A stretch of 64,000 nt of DNA from Amoebophrya sp. A120 (Eukaryota; Protista; Dinoflagellata). Below, in pieces: positions 35,645 to 49,028 of this stretch (positions within the stretch are counted from its first letter, which is position 1; each line of letters starts with the position of its first letter). The translations under genes and the position numbers were made by a program. The notes under the pieces are model-generated. The model was not told where the DNA came from, ran no database searches, and saw only the letters and a program-made list of their open reading frames with translations. The DNA lies in assembly GCA_905178155.1 (NCBI GenBank), contig CAJINV010000012.1, positions 3,281,144 to 3,345,143 on the forward strand. The letters are read 5' to 3'.

Positions 35645-36670
35645 TGGGTCGACGAAGTACAGGTAGCTGTGTGAAAGTGAACAGCGCAATTCATATAAAA
35701 ATTAAATGTAGAATTGAGGACTATTTTTCGTGGTTTTGTTTCGAGTTTTTTTTTCAAAAAGTCGCGGAAGGAATGACGATATTGATGATTCGCTTGATGT
35801 CGATGAATCGTTCATGTTGTGTGTTTGTTGGAAGAAGGTTGATGGTGCGCCGTAAGGGTTTTTTTGCGGTCAACCACCTTACGTCTTCAAAGACTCGCAA
35901 GTCGTAACTCACAGGAACAGTATATGATACAAGATTCGCGAAAAGAAAAATCGCAAGCGTCTCTTCCTGTTCTGGCTTGATTGATGCACGAGCCGCCCAG
36001 ATGAAACTTACCGGCTTTGACGGACATTTTACCCGCTGTGTTCGCCGTGGAAAGAAAATAAAGTGAACCATTTGCATGGCTGACTATCACGACGACAGTA
36101 CAGCGAAGCGGTGCGATGAATGCCAAGTCAGTTTTGAAGATTCCACAATGCAAAACTAACAGAAACAAAAGATGGAAATGCGCAGCGCCTGATGTCGTAC
36201 TGTGATGATAGTAGGTCGTGGGAGGTGTAACGACCCTCAGACATAGAGATAGACGCAACAACTTAATTGTGCTGCAATGAGTGTGTCTCTGTCGCTGGTG
36301 ACAACGATAGCATATCAACTCGCCTAGAAGATGAATCAAGTCGAGGACAAATAACAGGACCTCAGACAGACATTTTAGAAGTAAATGACGTTCTGCAGTA
36401 TGTACCAGTCGGGAAATATAATCATGATTAAGTTGCTCACAGTACTCTAGAATGTTGACCGAGTTGTCTTGTGAGCACCAAATTGTCTCAACATTCGCAA
36501 ATGTAGCTAGCGAAAGAAAAATAGTGCCGGGCTCCTGCGGCCGTCAAAGTAAGTGGGTAGGAGCGAGGCAGCAAAATATGGGTGCCTAGAGCTCGTGAAA
36601 GATTGTGTTGCTGCTAGACACCACGACAACGCCCTCTACTTATGACTTTTCGCCGAGGACGAGCAGAAGC

Positions 36671-39600
36671 ATGATGGGCCAGAATTCGAACCCAAATCCG
36701 CAAGACGCCTCGGCAGCTGCCAGGATAGGGATGCTACAGCAGGACTTCGGCCAGCAAGGACCCCAAGAGCAGCAGCAATATCAAGCAGGATTTGATGGCA
36801 CGAACCCACAGGAGCTGCTGCGCCAGCATCAGCAGCCTAACCCAGCTACCGCCTTGCTGACTGGCACAAGTTCATCCGCAGCCTCTAGCTCTTCGGCTGC
36901 ATTGAACATCATTCCAGGTTTGAAGCGTACCTGGTCTGATGCACATCATGCGGTCGGGGACAGCGTCAACACGTCTCGAACCGCGGGATACGAACAGAAC
37001 ACCGGCACAGGAGATCCTGCTGAGCTCAACATGGACAATTCCTTCCGCGCCGTCCGGATAGTGCCTGCCGTGACGGGTTCATCAACATCTGTTGGTAATA
37101 GGAATCACACAATAAACGGCCACCCGCCCGGCGGGATCAGCAATGCGCTTGCCCCAGCTGGAAGCAGTACCAGCAACCATATGGGTAGTTTCCAGCAACA
37201 CCAGTCACTCGGCGGTGGTTCCAGTTCCAGTTCCTCCTCCCACCAAAGCCACAAAGACGACCCAGTGTACTACTTTCGCGAAGACAAGCGGCAGCGGATT
37301 GCGACGACGAAGGAAAATTTCAATCCACAAAATATCCTGAGTAAAAACCTACCCACACCAGAGTCAGGATGGGGATTTTGCAACACAAACCTGGGAGTTT
37401 TGTGAGTCACGCATGACAAGTTGCGCTCTGCAGTGTAGTGCAGGTTAGCAAGTGCAGCCGCATCACAGATTCATCTGCTCATCCTGTTCACAGCATCGCA
37501 AATTCCAAAACACGATTGGAAATGGCTCTCATGCGGATGCGCATTACAAGTCTTCCTGTCTTTGCAAATCTGCATTACAACTCTGGTGTGGGTACGTTTT
37601 TACTCAGGATACAAAACCCCACCGCACCGCAGTACATCTCCGTGCTATCCTGTGCAAAAGTATCGTACTCGTATAAATGCCAGACTAGCATGACAAATCT
37701 GGTTTCTTAGGTAATTTAGCATGACAAATTCAATTTTTCATGCTAAGGAAATTTGTAAGTAATGCATTTATACGAGTACGATACTTTTGCAGTTCATACG
37801 TGCACAATCAGAACAACTTGCCGCTCCACCTACCGGAGATAAACAGTCGCAATTTCGTGCCCGGCGCCTGCGACGATTTGATACCTTTCGGCGGTGGAGA
37901 CCTGGCGCAGGAGGCGTCGCTGTTGGACGGCAGCGGGCTGCAATTGGGAGGTCCTGGGGCTATTTCGTCGGCGCTGAACAGTTCTGGATTTGGGAGCGCG
38001 GTACATTCGAGCGGCATGTTGTCCCCCATTCCGCACATTCCGGAACCGAATTCCTTCCACTACTACAACACGGATCCGAGCAGAAGTCGCATCTCAGGTG
38101 CTGCGGCGGGAGGTGGATCTTCAACACCCGCTGCTGTTCAGGGGGGTAGTGCAAGTAGCAGTTCGTCGCAGCAGAAAGTCTCCTCGACGACGGTAGTAGG
38201 TGCGGCCACGACAGGGGATGCTGCTCTTCACGCGCAGAGTGATGGTAGCTCTTCTCGCAGCCACGATTTCCATCCCCCCGGCCGCGTGGTGTCGAACTTC
38301 GAAAGACTCGCTGGGCCCTCCTCTTCCTCCACCGCCGCCCCGAATGTTGGTGTAGGGCAACATCTTGCAGGAACTGCATCAGCAGTTCCAGTTGCATCAA
38401 GTCAAGGAACTGCTCATGAAATAAATGTCGAGCAGAATAACTACTACAGCGACATCAACCGCACACTACACGAGTTGCACTTTGGAGCTTCATCAAGTAA
38501 CAACCCGATTGGTAATTCTAACCAGCAAGCGGGAGGCAGCAGCAGCAGTACCAGTCGCGCGAATGGGGGGACAACGATGATGAACCACTTCAGTGATATG
38601 AACAACTACTCTTCCATGCACCTCGATGCGGATGACGAGCAGTCGCCCTTTTTTTCATCAGCCTCCAACATGAACCAAAACAACCTTTCCAACCACAGTT
38701 TTTCACCCCTCGGAAGCAGCGACAACAGCAGCAGAATTTTTCAGAGAGGTGGAAGCAGGACAACTGGGATGATGAAGGGAGTGCAGGGATTCAATATGGA
38801 TGGTTCTCAAGGGCTGCAGCAGAGGACGCCGACGTCATCGGGTTATAACAATCACCCACGCGACGCCGGCCACCGCCGCATGAGCTCTGCCGGAAATTTT
38901 TACATGCCGACTGCCTCTTCTCCTTCCAATAGCACGCGCGCGAACCCAAATTACAACCTGACGAATTTCCAGCCCTCGGAAGTGGTTCAGTGTTCCCACG
39001 GGCCACTAGGCTCCTGCTTGCAGTGTATCAACTTCACGGGAGGCGGTGCAGGCACTAGAAGCTCTACTGGAAGTAGTACCCCGGCTTTATCCTCCAAAGT
39101 CGTCCAAGTTCCCTACGCTCTTTTTCTGGCGTACGGGCACGTGTTTCAGTCCCTGGCGCTCCCCCGGCCGATGAAAAACGAGTTGAATTCTAATTCCTCT
39201 TCGAGCAGTTTTCTGTCTTTCAGCAACCCGGGTGGAAATAACCAATCGTTCGGGCACTGGGCAGCTGCAGCTCCCTCCGTAGGAGGTGGTGCATCATCTT
39301 CCACCACCGTGAACCACCGCGCGCTGGTTGCGGGCGAAGTGATTTTTGCTTCCTTCGTGCAGATGTGCGCTGCGATTTTGCCGGAACGGGTCAGAGTGAC
39401 GAGCAAAAGCTTGCTGCAGCAGGGCGGAAATATTAATTTGAGTAGTACCGCCCTTCACCAAGAGCAGAATAACTACTTCTACTCCACCCAGGCGGGACAA
39501 ATTTCAGGTGGTTCGCACGGCCGCAGAAGCTCCTTGTCGGGCAACCCGATGGGCAGTACGGTACAGTCTTCAGGGATGATCGGATCATCCTCCACGGCGC

Positions 39601-40646
39601 ATCAGCAACATCCTGCCGCGAGTCGCCACGATAACGTCGCGGTCCTTGGGCTTGGCGCGGGGGTGATAATTGCAAGAGAAGGAGGAGGCACAGGCAGTTT
39701 GATTTCCCTTCCATCATCCTCTTCGACGATAATTCAGGATCACGACCAGCAGCAGCTTCATGGTCGTGTATCCACGACTTCTCCAACAAGCAACATGCTA
39801 AGTAGCCCGCACAATTTCAATTCCTCAGCAACTTCCTTCACCTTTCACAACCGCAGCGGAACTGCATTCATGGGAAATGCAAATGACAACGTGGCCTCCA
39901 GCAACACTGTTTTCCACCCTAACAGCCGAAAAGTACCGAAATTCGTCGACCTAGGATCCGGCCTTGGGAAGGCGGTGGTGATGTGGGCCCTGCTGTTCGG
40001 AAGAAACGAAAGTTTGCTGAATTCCACATCCAATTATGGGGGGAACAATGCAGGAGCCCCCGAATCCGATTCCGAGCAACCGGAGGAGGAGCCGATGGAT
40101 GTGAGTGCCGTAAACAACAACCTCATGATGGGCGGAAGTCAGCACTTCAACACCCAAGCAGGACAAGGAATACAATTGCAGCAACCACAATCGGTTGTTC
40201 ATCCCCACCACCAACCACCGCTCGAAATTTGTTCCGTCGGGATTGAAATCCGGGAGACCGCGCACCAAATTATCGAGGAGAAGGTGATCCCCCAGTTACC
40301 GAAAAAAATCCGAAACCAGTGCAAGTTTTTGAACGGAGACTTTTTCAACCTCGAAATCGGAAAGGACGCGGACGTGGTACTGGTGAACGCCACTGGATTG
40401 GATGCGGACATTTTTTCCAAGTTGGTGGAGAAACTGGCGACGGAACTCCGTCCCGGCGCGCGGGTCATGAGTTTGTCGTTGGAATTCCCGACGAACCGGT
40501 CGTTTCGTCCGTTTCACGGACAGGGCAGGAGTGGGTTCCTGTCCGGTGGTGACTCATCGTCTGGGAGTGGTGCAACATCTTCCCACAGTCGGGTGTTCCG
40601 GATGTCCTGGGGAAATTGTACCGTGTATTTTCACGAACGGATATGA
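36671..40646 (+). CDS. DOT1-like class I SAM-dependent methyltransferase with long low-complexity regions
   Basis: AGEVIF, KFVDLGSGLGKAV, VGIEIRE, FLNGDFF, ADVVLVNA, ELRPGARVMSL, MSWG motifs; two introners near the 5' end. Confidence 0.75.
37333..37611. mobile_element. Introner element, family F
   Basis: TIR TATCCTGAGTAAAAAC(C/G)TACCCACACCAGAGT; TSD CAAAA; 279 bp. Confidence 0.95.
37646..37798. mobile_element. Introner element, family G
   Basis: TGCAAAAGTATCGTACTCGTATAAATGC inverted repeat; TSD CGTGC. Confidence 0.93.
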
Positions 40647-41734
40647 AGCTAGTGAAGATGCCGGTTGATGTTGAGTATGGATGAACAAGGGCGAGATGTG
40701 ATGTATTAGTTTTCATTCACGACAGCACACCGGATTTTCATAGTAGACTGGATTTTTTTTGTATGCGGGGGTATCTATTTTCGATTTCGACGAGAACGAC
40801 CAGGGTAAAACGTATACTGAATGTCATTTCGTTTCTTTCTCCGACATGCTGAACCTTATCCGGCGCTTCAGAAATGCGTGGAACATTGGCGCAGTCTTTT
40901 TGCATACTGTTGAAGATTGTAGTTTTCCTGGTCTTACTTCATCATGGGTTAATTAATTCGCATTCACGCCCCAGTATCAGACATTTTGCGACAAGACGGT
41001 CACTTCAAGAATATGAACATCCAATGTTTTCTCAACGACACGACACTATACGCTTTAGGTGCGACGAATCACGCCACATCAAGGCGGTGGCGGGTGCGGA
41101 TGTTTCTGACCCGATCGAATTTCATCAAGCTTGATACTTGGTGAGCATGATGTGCCTACTGTTTTCCCTTCCTCGTCGTGAAGAACGCGCAGCATCATGT
41201 CACACCTTCAGAGACTCGGTCAACATGTGAGGAATGACAAGGAATCGCATAGGTCTGCAGTCCGTACATTGCTCGCTTCTGTTTGCCCATTGTCCTACTT
41301 GCGTGAAAGTGTCGTTTCGCACCTCCATTCAATCTTCGGTCTTGACAAATTGCTACTACTCTGCTCGGTTGCGCGCTTGAAATGCGTCGTGGTCTGCGTT
41401 GGCTGTAAAATGGAAATGTTTGCTCGGTTACCATTTGCTCAATTTCGGTCGCCTGGCTGTCACTCGTGTGCCTTCTTTTCGTGTGGTTTCATAAAGCAAT
41501 CTATCAGGTCGGTGCACCACAACACGAGCTACACATTCTTTCCACCTACAACTCCAGGAACAGGATTTTTGTTCGGATTCTCCGCTCTACCCAAAACTTT
41601 GTTTCCATTGCGTTTATAATCTTTTCGTTGTACTTCTACTGCGCCTCAAATCTCCATCCCCCACTTGCTTCGATCTTCGTTTGTCTTGTAAAGCATGCGC
41701 CTGTAGTACGTGTACTAGAAGCCCATTTCTGATC

Positions 41735-44700
41735 ATGACAACCGCCAGCGCGAAGCTTTTCCTGGGCTTCCCCGTCGGTCGCGACGGCCGGCGGAAGACG
41801 CGCACACCATTGGTCTCTACCAATCCAGTGAAATTTGACCCGGTGCGCGTCTCCCGCATGCGCGGCACAACTTCATCTTCTACAGGCTCCAATTCTACTA
41901 GTTCGGAAGAATACGCAGAATGCAAAGCGAATTGGCACAGAGACGGCTTTTTCGCGACGTGGTTTTTCTTCAGTCTGAATGACGAAGGGAAAAAGGAACA
42001 TCAAGGTGGGGTGGGTTCAGGCACAGGAGCTGGTCCGGCGACTACCTCCACGCTGCACAGAAATACTAAAGCACCAACCTCCCCTACCTCCGTCGCCAGT
42101 CGCATCCAGCAGTGCCTGGAGCAGAAGCACTGCATCCCCGGGGGGGCGTTGCAGACCCCAGTGTTGTTCGCGTATGAGAAATTGTTGGATCACATTACCC
42201 ACGGCCACGCCGCGAACAACGCAGGGATCATGAGTCTATCCAAGCTCTCCTTCTGGGATCTCGCGACGCACAAGAGTCTGTGGATGGCCATCTCCGCGCC
42301 GATCTTGTTGTTCTCGTCGAATGGAGAAGTAGGGGATCATGCACTCGGTGCTGGGAAGAAAAATGGTCGTGGCTGCCGTGTTGAACAAGAGGAAGACGAT
42401 GACGTACTGAATTTCTACAGCAAGAAGAGCGGGAGCATAAGCATAACTAGGAACACGGGCTCCGTTTTCGGTTTGCAGGAAGCTTGTTTCGTTATCGAAC
42501 AGCACATGACAAATGTGATGAATGAGCCGATAGACAACGCCGAGGAGGAGGAAGCACTACTGTCAAAAACAAACAACACAACCACTCTCACATCACTTGC
42601 CAAGAACTGCATCAGCAACACAAATAACAAACTTCCCTCGCTGATCGAAGGCTTAGGCACGTTGGCGTCGAGGTCAGCAACTTTGAATTCCACTGTGAAG
42701 CCTACAGTTCCGGTGGTCGTCAACCGCCTCAAAGCCGGCCTGCGCAAAGAGGCGGTGCCGCAACAGCAGGTCTTGAATAAAGGGACTGGTAGAACTTCTG
42801 ATGCCAACGCCTCGACATCGTGTGCTTGTCCCACGCACTTGACAACAACGTCGGCGACCAGTTCTTTTGGGAGTCGCAGCAACCGTTGTGGAAATAACTC
42901 TGCAGCGAACGACTCCACCTCGTGCCCTTCCTCTGATGATTATGAACTGCAAAAGCAAAAGCATCGTACTCGTTTAAATGCATTACAAATTTTCTCAGCA
43001 TGAGAAGTAAGACTTGCCATGCTGATTTACTTTAAGAAAAATATTTGTAATGCAAGACTTGCAACATTTATTATACGAATACGATACTTATACTTTTGCA
43101 CAGGATAGTGATTTTATCTGTTTCTGCTACGCCTGGTATGCCCGCACGGCGCACGTGAATTCGAAGGTGGTGTATTTCCACGCCGATGGGGTGCCCAACG
43201 ACCATGCGGGGTTGATGGACTACTGGATTGTCACACAAAAACGCCACAACCGCTCCAACAAGGAGCATTTGTGTCAATCCCTAGCACTGCAGCGGTTCTG
43301 CGAACAGGTGTTGGCGGGGGACACCACGGGGAAGAATATGACCTGCTCAAATGTTACAATCTCAAACGTTAGAATAGAGTCTGGGTTTTGTGTTGCATCA
43401 TGAGCATGACAGACGCGCACAGCGTTCCACTTTCTGCAACACAAGTTTCGCCCGATTCTAGTGCGGATTGGGGCTCCAGAACTTTTCATGCGCAATCCTG
43501 TAGCTCATCATGGGAGTAGGATAGCTCATGCACTTCTTGCATCAGAGATTTCCAGACTCTATTGTAATGCTTGAGATTGTAGTAACAGCTGAGCAGGTTA
43601 TAACGAACGTTGGTGGTTTTAGCGGGTCATCTTCGGGCTGCTCATCTTCACGCTATGACAAGCTTCTCACCGCGGAGTTCAAAATCGAGTGTATTTTAGA
43701 AGAACAATCGGACACGAACGACAAAACCCACCCGTTCCGGCGCCACCCATTTTCGCACTTGGTGGAAGCGGAAAGTGGGAAGGTGGTGTTGACCGCGAAA
43801 CAGTTCTACTTGTTGCAGAGGCTGTTGGTGTCTGATAGTACCGAAGATGCTGTAGACGAGGACTCGAACAGAGACCCCGGTGTTTTGGAGGTTTACCCCG
43901 CTGACGTGTTAAAATTAATCCACATCGCGCTGGAAAAAGGCACAGCAAGCACAGGAACGCAGTCCGTGGTGACGAAGAGCTGCTCAGCAACAAGTACAGC
44001 AGCACCCACTACAGTATCAACATGTTTGTTCACAGAAGCCTCGACCAGTCTGAGAAAACCGAAGTCTTTGGTCCACCGACTCCGTTCCGAAATGCAGACG
44101 GCAGCGGGGAAAAGCAACGTTGCTTCTAAAACATCGACAAATAGTACTAAATCCACCGTGATTCAGCAGGGGGGTGTGGCGAAAAACGAATTTCTGACTG
44201 GAACCACCAGCAATAAAGTAGACGGAGATGATCATAGCGACATGGGCAGTGACCAATCGGATGAGGACGAAGAGGAGGCATCAGAAGACGCTGCGACACC
44301 AACCTCCGGAAACATCAAGAAGGCGTCATCTCCACCGCCAGTTTCTCGTGCGCAAACGGCGTTCGCACTTTCGCATTCTTCTTCCGGTGCAAGTACAACA
44401 ACCAGCACGACAACTGGGCGTGCTTCTTCAAGAGCATCATCAACCGCAATTTCTTCGGAGCAGAAGATGAAGCAGAAGATTCGGCAGTACTTCAGTATGA
44501 ATCTCGAGTTCCTCGAGATTCTCCGCGACCACCTGAAAGCCAGTGATAATCCGGCTCTGAATGAGGTTGACCACGCAAATTTTTGGCTGCTGCACAGCCA
44601 GCACGTGAGGCATTTTCCAACCACGACGCTGGGGGTGATCCCCTTACCGGTAAACAAACTGCTCGAGGATCCGTTTCAGCCTGGGTGCTCGCTTATGGAT

Positions 44701-45856
44701 TGCAAAAGTGTCTGGGTCTGGAAGATTGCAACTTGTCATGCTAAATCCGAATCATGCAAGAATCTGTGTTGCATGAGTGCCAAAAGCTGCCCACTTTCGA
44801 CCAAATTGGGGGGGGAGTTTCTCATGCAGGATAGGCATGAAAGAGACCTCACAGACTCTGTCATGCTAGGCCCCGCATTCCAGACCTGCAGGGTCATGGA
44901 AAACCTGCATGACAAGCTCACACTCTTCCAGACCCAGACATTTTGGCACTTGATAGCGCTTTTCTCTTCCCCGAGCCCGACGCGGAACTTCCTGCCCGAT
45001 AGCCCGAAGAATCGGCGGATTTTAGAGAAGGGAGGGAATTACAATACGAATAGCGGAGCGGGAGCCACTGGTCATACAAATACTAACCAAGACAGTACAT
45101 CAACTAGCGCTGTGAAATACTTGAATGACGCACGCTCGGCTCTGGTGTTCAAAACCATATGGATTGCAAAAATGTCTGGGTCTGGAAGAGTCGGGGCTTG
45201 TCATGCACATTTTGCATGACCCGTGAGGTCTGTGATGCTGTTGCTAGCATCACAGATTTTTTGCGAGCTTTTTGATGCTAATTACGCATGAGAAATGCCT
45301 TCTCCGCGTGCCAAGAACTGACTCCTCTTGCTGCTCATACAACACAGATATTTTTAGAATCCGCAGACGGCATTACATCCAGATCCAGACATATTTGCAA
45401 TCCATAAACCATGGGCGTGTACCATTCCTCCGTGAAACTGCACAATAATTCGGACAGCGACGCAAACCTAGACCGCAGCAGCATCGACTTTCGGGTCCTG
45501 TGCGTGAAAAAGAAATCCGTGCCGAAGGTGATTGCCCATTTGGTGTATCCTGAGTAAAAACGTACCCACGCCAGAGTTAGGATGAGGATTTTGCAACACA
45601 AACCTAGGAGTTTTGTGAGTCACGCATGACAAGTTGAGCTCTGCAGTGTAGTGCAGGTTAGCAAGTGCAGCCGCATCACGAATCCAGCTGCTCATCCTGT
45701 TCACAGCATCACAAATTCCAAAACACAATTGGAAATGGCTCTCATGGGGATGCGCGTTACAAGTCTTCCTGTCTTTGCGAATCTGCATTACAACTCTGGC
45801 GTGGGTACGTTTTTACTCAGGATATGGTGCGCGTCTTGGTCACGAAGTATCTTTGA
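41735..45856 (+). CDS. Large hypothetical protein interrupted by five introners
   Basis: ORF segments join in frame after removing elements 42941, 43337, 44694, 45158, 45546 (+5 nt each); ends KVIAHLVRVLVTKYL*. Confidence 0.7.
42941..43107. mobile_element. Introner element, family G
   Basis: Family G TIR; TSD ATGAT/GTGAT. Confidence 0.9.
43337..43602. mobile_element. Introner element, family J
   Basis: TATGACCTGCTCAAATGTTACAATCTCAA / TTGAGATTGTAGTAACAGCTGAGCAGGTTATA; TSD AAGAA/ACGAA. Confidence 0.88.
44694..44955. mobile_element. Introner element, family A
   Basis: Family A TIR; TSD TCGCT/GCGCT. Confidence 0.93.
45158..45406. mobile_element. Introner element, family A
   Basis: Family A TIR; TSD AACCA. 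Confidence 0.93.
45546..45824. mobile_element. Introner element, family F
   Basis: Perfect ~32-bp TIR; TSD TGGTG; same length as and close to 37333 copy. Confidence 0.95.
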
Positions 45857-45872
45857 TACTAGCTGCATAGAA

Positions 45873-46792
45873 TATCCCACAGAAAAAGACCGACAGGTCA
45901 TATTTGTAATGCAAAAATAAATACACAGGAAAATCTGTCATGGGCGAGGCCATAACATCCTGTTTAGGGCATGTGAACCAGCACACGAAGGGAACCCTGG
46001 GACGCGAAGAGCACCTAGAAGAGACGAAAGCACACAGACCAGAGAAAAAGGCAGAGCGAACGGAGAAAAAAAGGACGGGACACTGCAGAGACGTATGTGC
46101 TCCGCGTGACATACAACTCAAATGTATGCGCGCCTGGCGTCTAGCGCGCGCGCGCGCGTTCGGGGGAGGATTTACTGATACTAGGCAGAACGCAACCGCC
46201 ACGCGGAAAGGATAGAGGACCCGAGACGTCGTGCGCGGGGCAACTTAGCCCGGAAAGGATTTTTGCAAGATTCTTGAAAAGACCGAGCGTTTTGGCACGT
46301 CTGCCATTGCTTGCAATGAGACGCTTCGCGCCTGGTGACTATTTTATTGCTTGCAGCGCGTCGCAATGCAGATTACCAAGCGACCGCTGAGTGTGCATAT
46401 TCGTCGCGAGGCCCAGCACGGCCGCGGCTAGACGACACGATCTGGCGGGACTACTAGCGGGCAACAATATAAAACGACGGCGCCGAGGCATTGTAGGTTC
46501 CGTCCCGCACGGGGGCCCCAGGAAGTCCCGGGGGCCCCTTTGCGTCCGGTAGAACCAGTTTTGCAAGGGTCCGGTGGGAAAACAGCGGACCAGTAGGCGG
46601 GCAACATAAGTATGTGCTGCATACGTCTAGGCAGGGTTTCTTCTAGGACAATTAGGGGCAGGCCCCTTCGTGTCCTGACATACAAATATAATCTGGGGGT
46701 CTTAGGAATACTGGTTCACATGCAATACAGATTTTTTTGTCTATTTATTTTTGCATTACAAATATGACCTGTCGGTCTTTTTCTGGGGGATA
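45873..46792. mobile_element. Introner element, family B, carrying a nested insertion
   Basis: Same ends as 4692-4862; TSD TAGAA; 920 bp versus 171 bp. Confidence 0.93.
45974..46718. mobile_element. 745-bp non-autonomous TIR element nested in the family B introner
   Basis: TGAACCAG / CTGGTTCA ends flanked by CATG on both sides; the 4692 copy shows the empty site GGGCATGCAATAC. Confidence 0.88.
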
Positions 46793-47906
46793 TAGAAGAC
46801 GGTTTACTTACTTCTTTTGTGACAGTAGATTTATTTTCCTCGGTGAGTGATCTCCTGTAAGTGTAACAGTAACCTGCACACTTCTTCGATTTCGCCGCCC
46901 CCTACGTTATTGTTATTTCATGTGTCGTGAAATACATGCACAGCACAGGTTCTCGTACGAAGAACCAGCTGGCAAGAGCATTTCTTCTCTGCATTTCTGC
47001 GTTTTGATTTCATGTGGTATTCTCTATGTCTATAATGCGTAAAACAGGAAGTCGTGGTTTTTGTTTTTCTTGTGTCATGAATGATGCTCTTACATAGATA
47101 AAATGTCAGCACCTGCTGTTTCAGATTCAGTAGTTTTCAATCCAAAGTGTCCCCATACACGATGGCGTTTTTCAATTGTTCTTTCTAGAGATCTTGAAGA
47201 AAATACTGGTGGAGAATGTTTATTCGATCAGCTGCAGTACACGGACCACCGGACTACTTCTAAGGCGTGTGCTTAGCCGAAGTGTTGCAGCGTCCGGAAC
47301 ATAGACAATGCTGTTCGCATCAAATTAGCGTGTGCAAATGATGTGATTGCATTCTGTTTTATTTTACCTCGTGTCGGTGCAGCAGCCTCTTGTTTGAAGT
47401 CTGTCGTGGCTCATACAAGCTGCTCGTCTATCGGTTGCAAGAAAAGTTTGGCAGAGCCTGATCTGTTGCGGATTTTTTTTACAAAATCATGATGCAACAT
47501 CCTCGGTCTGACACCAGCCTTCGTTCGGCGTTGGTAGTATTGGTATCGGTATCAGCATGTTCTAGCTCGTTCTAGACACTAGCGCGATTGGTCTGTGCGA
47601 GACTGCGTCGTGTTGTCCTGGTACTTACTATTTACAATTAGGTGTCTTCAACAGCGCCAGCTGCATATGCATGTTTCTGTCGTGATAGAGATAGTGATTG
47701 TCACTGTTTAATGTACTTAAACTTATTTCATTTACAGTTGTTTGTGTTTCCCCTCTTGCAGGAGCTCAACCCGTCACATTTTTGTTTTTGATTTCCCTTT
47801 TTGTTAACTTACTTTCCACACAACATAGCTTGTTCCTTTTGGTGGACAAGCGACCTACTACTAGCATTTTTCCATTTCGTCAAACGAAACCCGAATCAAT
47901 ATCAAA

Positions 47907-49028
47907 ATGGCGATGCCTCCTGCAGGCACCGATTTCCCCGTCACGTTGGAGGTGGTGCATGAGACCGATCTGCCGAATGGTCCCTATGGGGAATCCAGTG
48001 GCATGAGCCTGAAGCTGTACGTATCCACCTCTTTTAATATTTGGAAAAACGTACGTCGTCGCGCCACCGCCCCATAGTTGTGTGTCAAGATTTATGGCAG
48101 AAGTTTATGCATGAACATGACAGATTTGGAGCTCTCGCCCTTCTTTCTTATCTTGATTTTTTCTGACAGACACTTGAAATGAAACTGAAACTGCCTGCCC
48201 GTCTCATCATGTCGTATGGATGAGACAGCATTATCTTTTTTGTATTTGGCAGTTCGTTAGCAGTTCCTGGCTCACCTTGGCAGCTTATACAGTGCCGAAG
48301 AAGCTTGTCCCAAATTGTATTTATGCAAACAAGCAGCACGACGACAACAAGTCTGGGCCTAGAGTGCGTAGAAGTACTGCCTAAATAAACTTTTTTCCAC
48401 AGGATAGCCCGTTGCCCCCGGTACGAACTACACAACGTTCGCTAAAATTGCGATTGCCGAGTGGGAAAAGGCGCGCGGGAACATGATGCAAATGGGAAGC
48501 TACTCGGAGAAATGGGCAATCAAGTTCATCAAATACAAAGGGGGGCAAATTGGCTTCAACGGCTCTGACGCCTACAACCCCGTGCCCGAAGGCAACCACC
48601 AGGTGACGCTGTGTGTTCAACAAAATGTGAACTTTTTGGGGGGCATGGGACGAGGTGTGGGCGGAGGCGGTGCGCCGATCATGATGCGCGAGCCCCCGAA
48701 GCCGATGTATTGGCTCGTCTGCTGCGGCCTCGTCGGGTGCTGTCTGTTGATGAAGCAAATTGAGGAGCGAAACAAATGGGAACAGCAGCAAAAGGCGAGT
48801 GGAGGTGGAGGGGGCCCGGCGTTCAACAATGCATCGGGCGGCATGATGGGTGGCGTTCCACCGCGGCGTGAGGGGGAACAGTTGGAAAAGCCAGTGCAGG
48901 CACAAATGGTGGAAATGAGTGGCGTGGATGAACTGGAGAAGAAGAAAAATCCGGAAGCTGCAGCGGCCGAAGTCGTGGGTACGACGGACGCCGCGCCGGC
49001 TAGTACTGGGGACGACAATCAGGTGTGA
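47907..49028 (+). CDS. Hypothetical two-exon protein with Cys-rich hydrophobic patch
   Basis: MAMPPAGTDFPVTLEVVHETDL.. joined through intron 48021-48407 to PVAPGTNYTTFAKIAIAEWEK..MYWLVCCGLVGCCLLMK. Confidence 0.65.
48022..48406. mobile_element. Possible highly decayed introner now readable as a GT-AG intron
   Basis: G|TATCC...GGATA|G ends; flanks GTACG/GCCCG; only 5 bp of clean inverted repeat. Confidence 0.35.
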
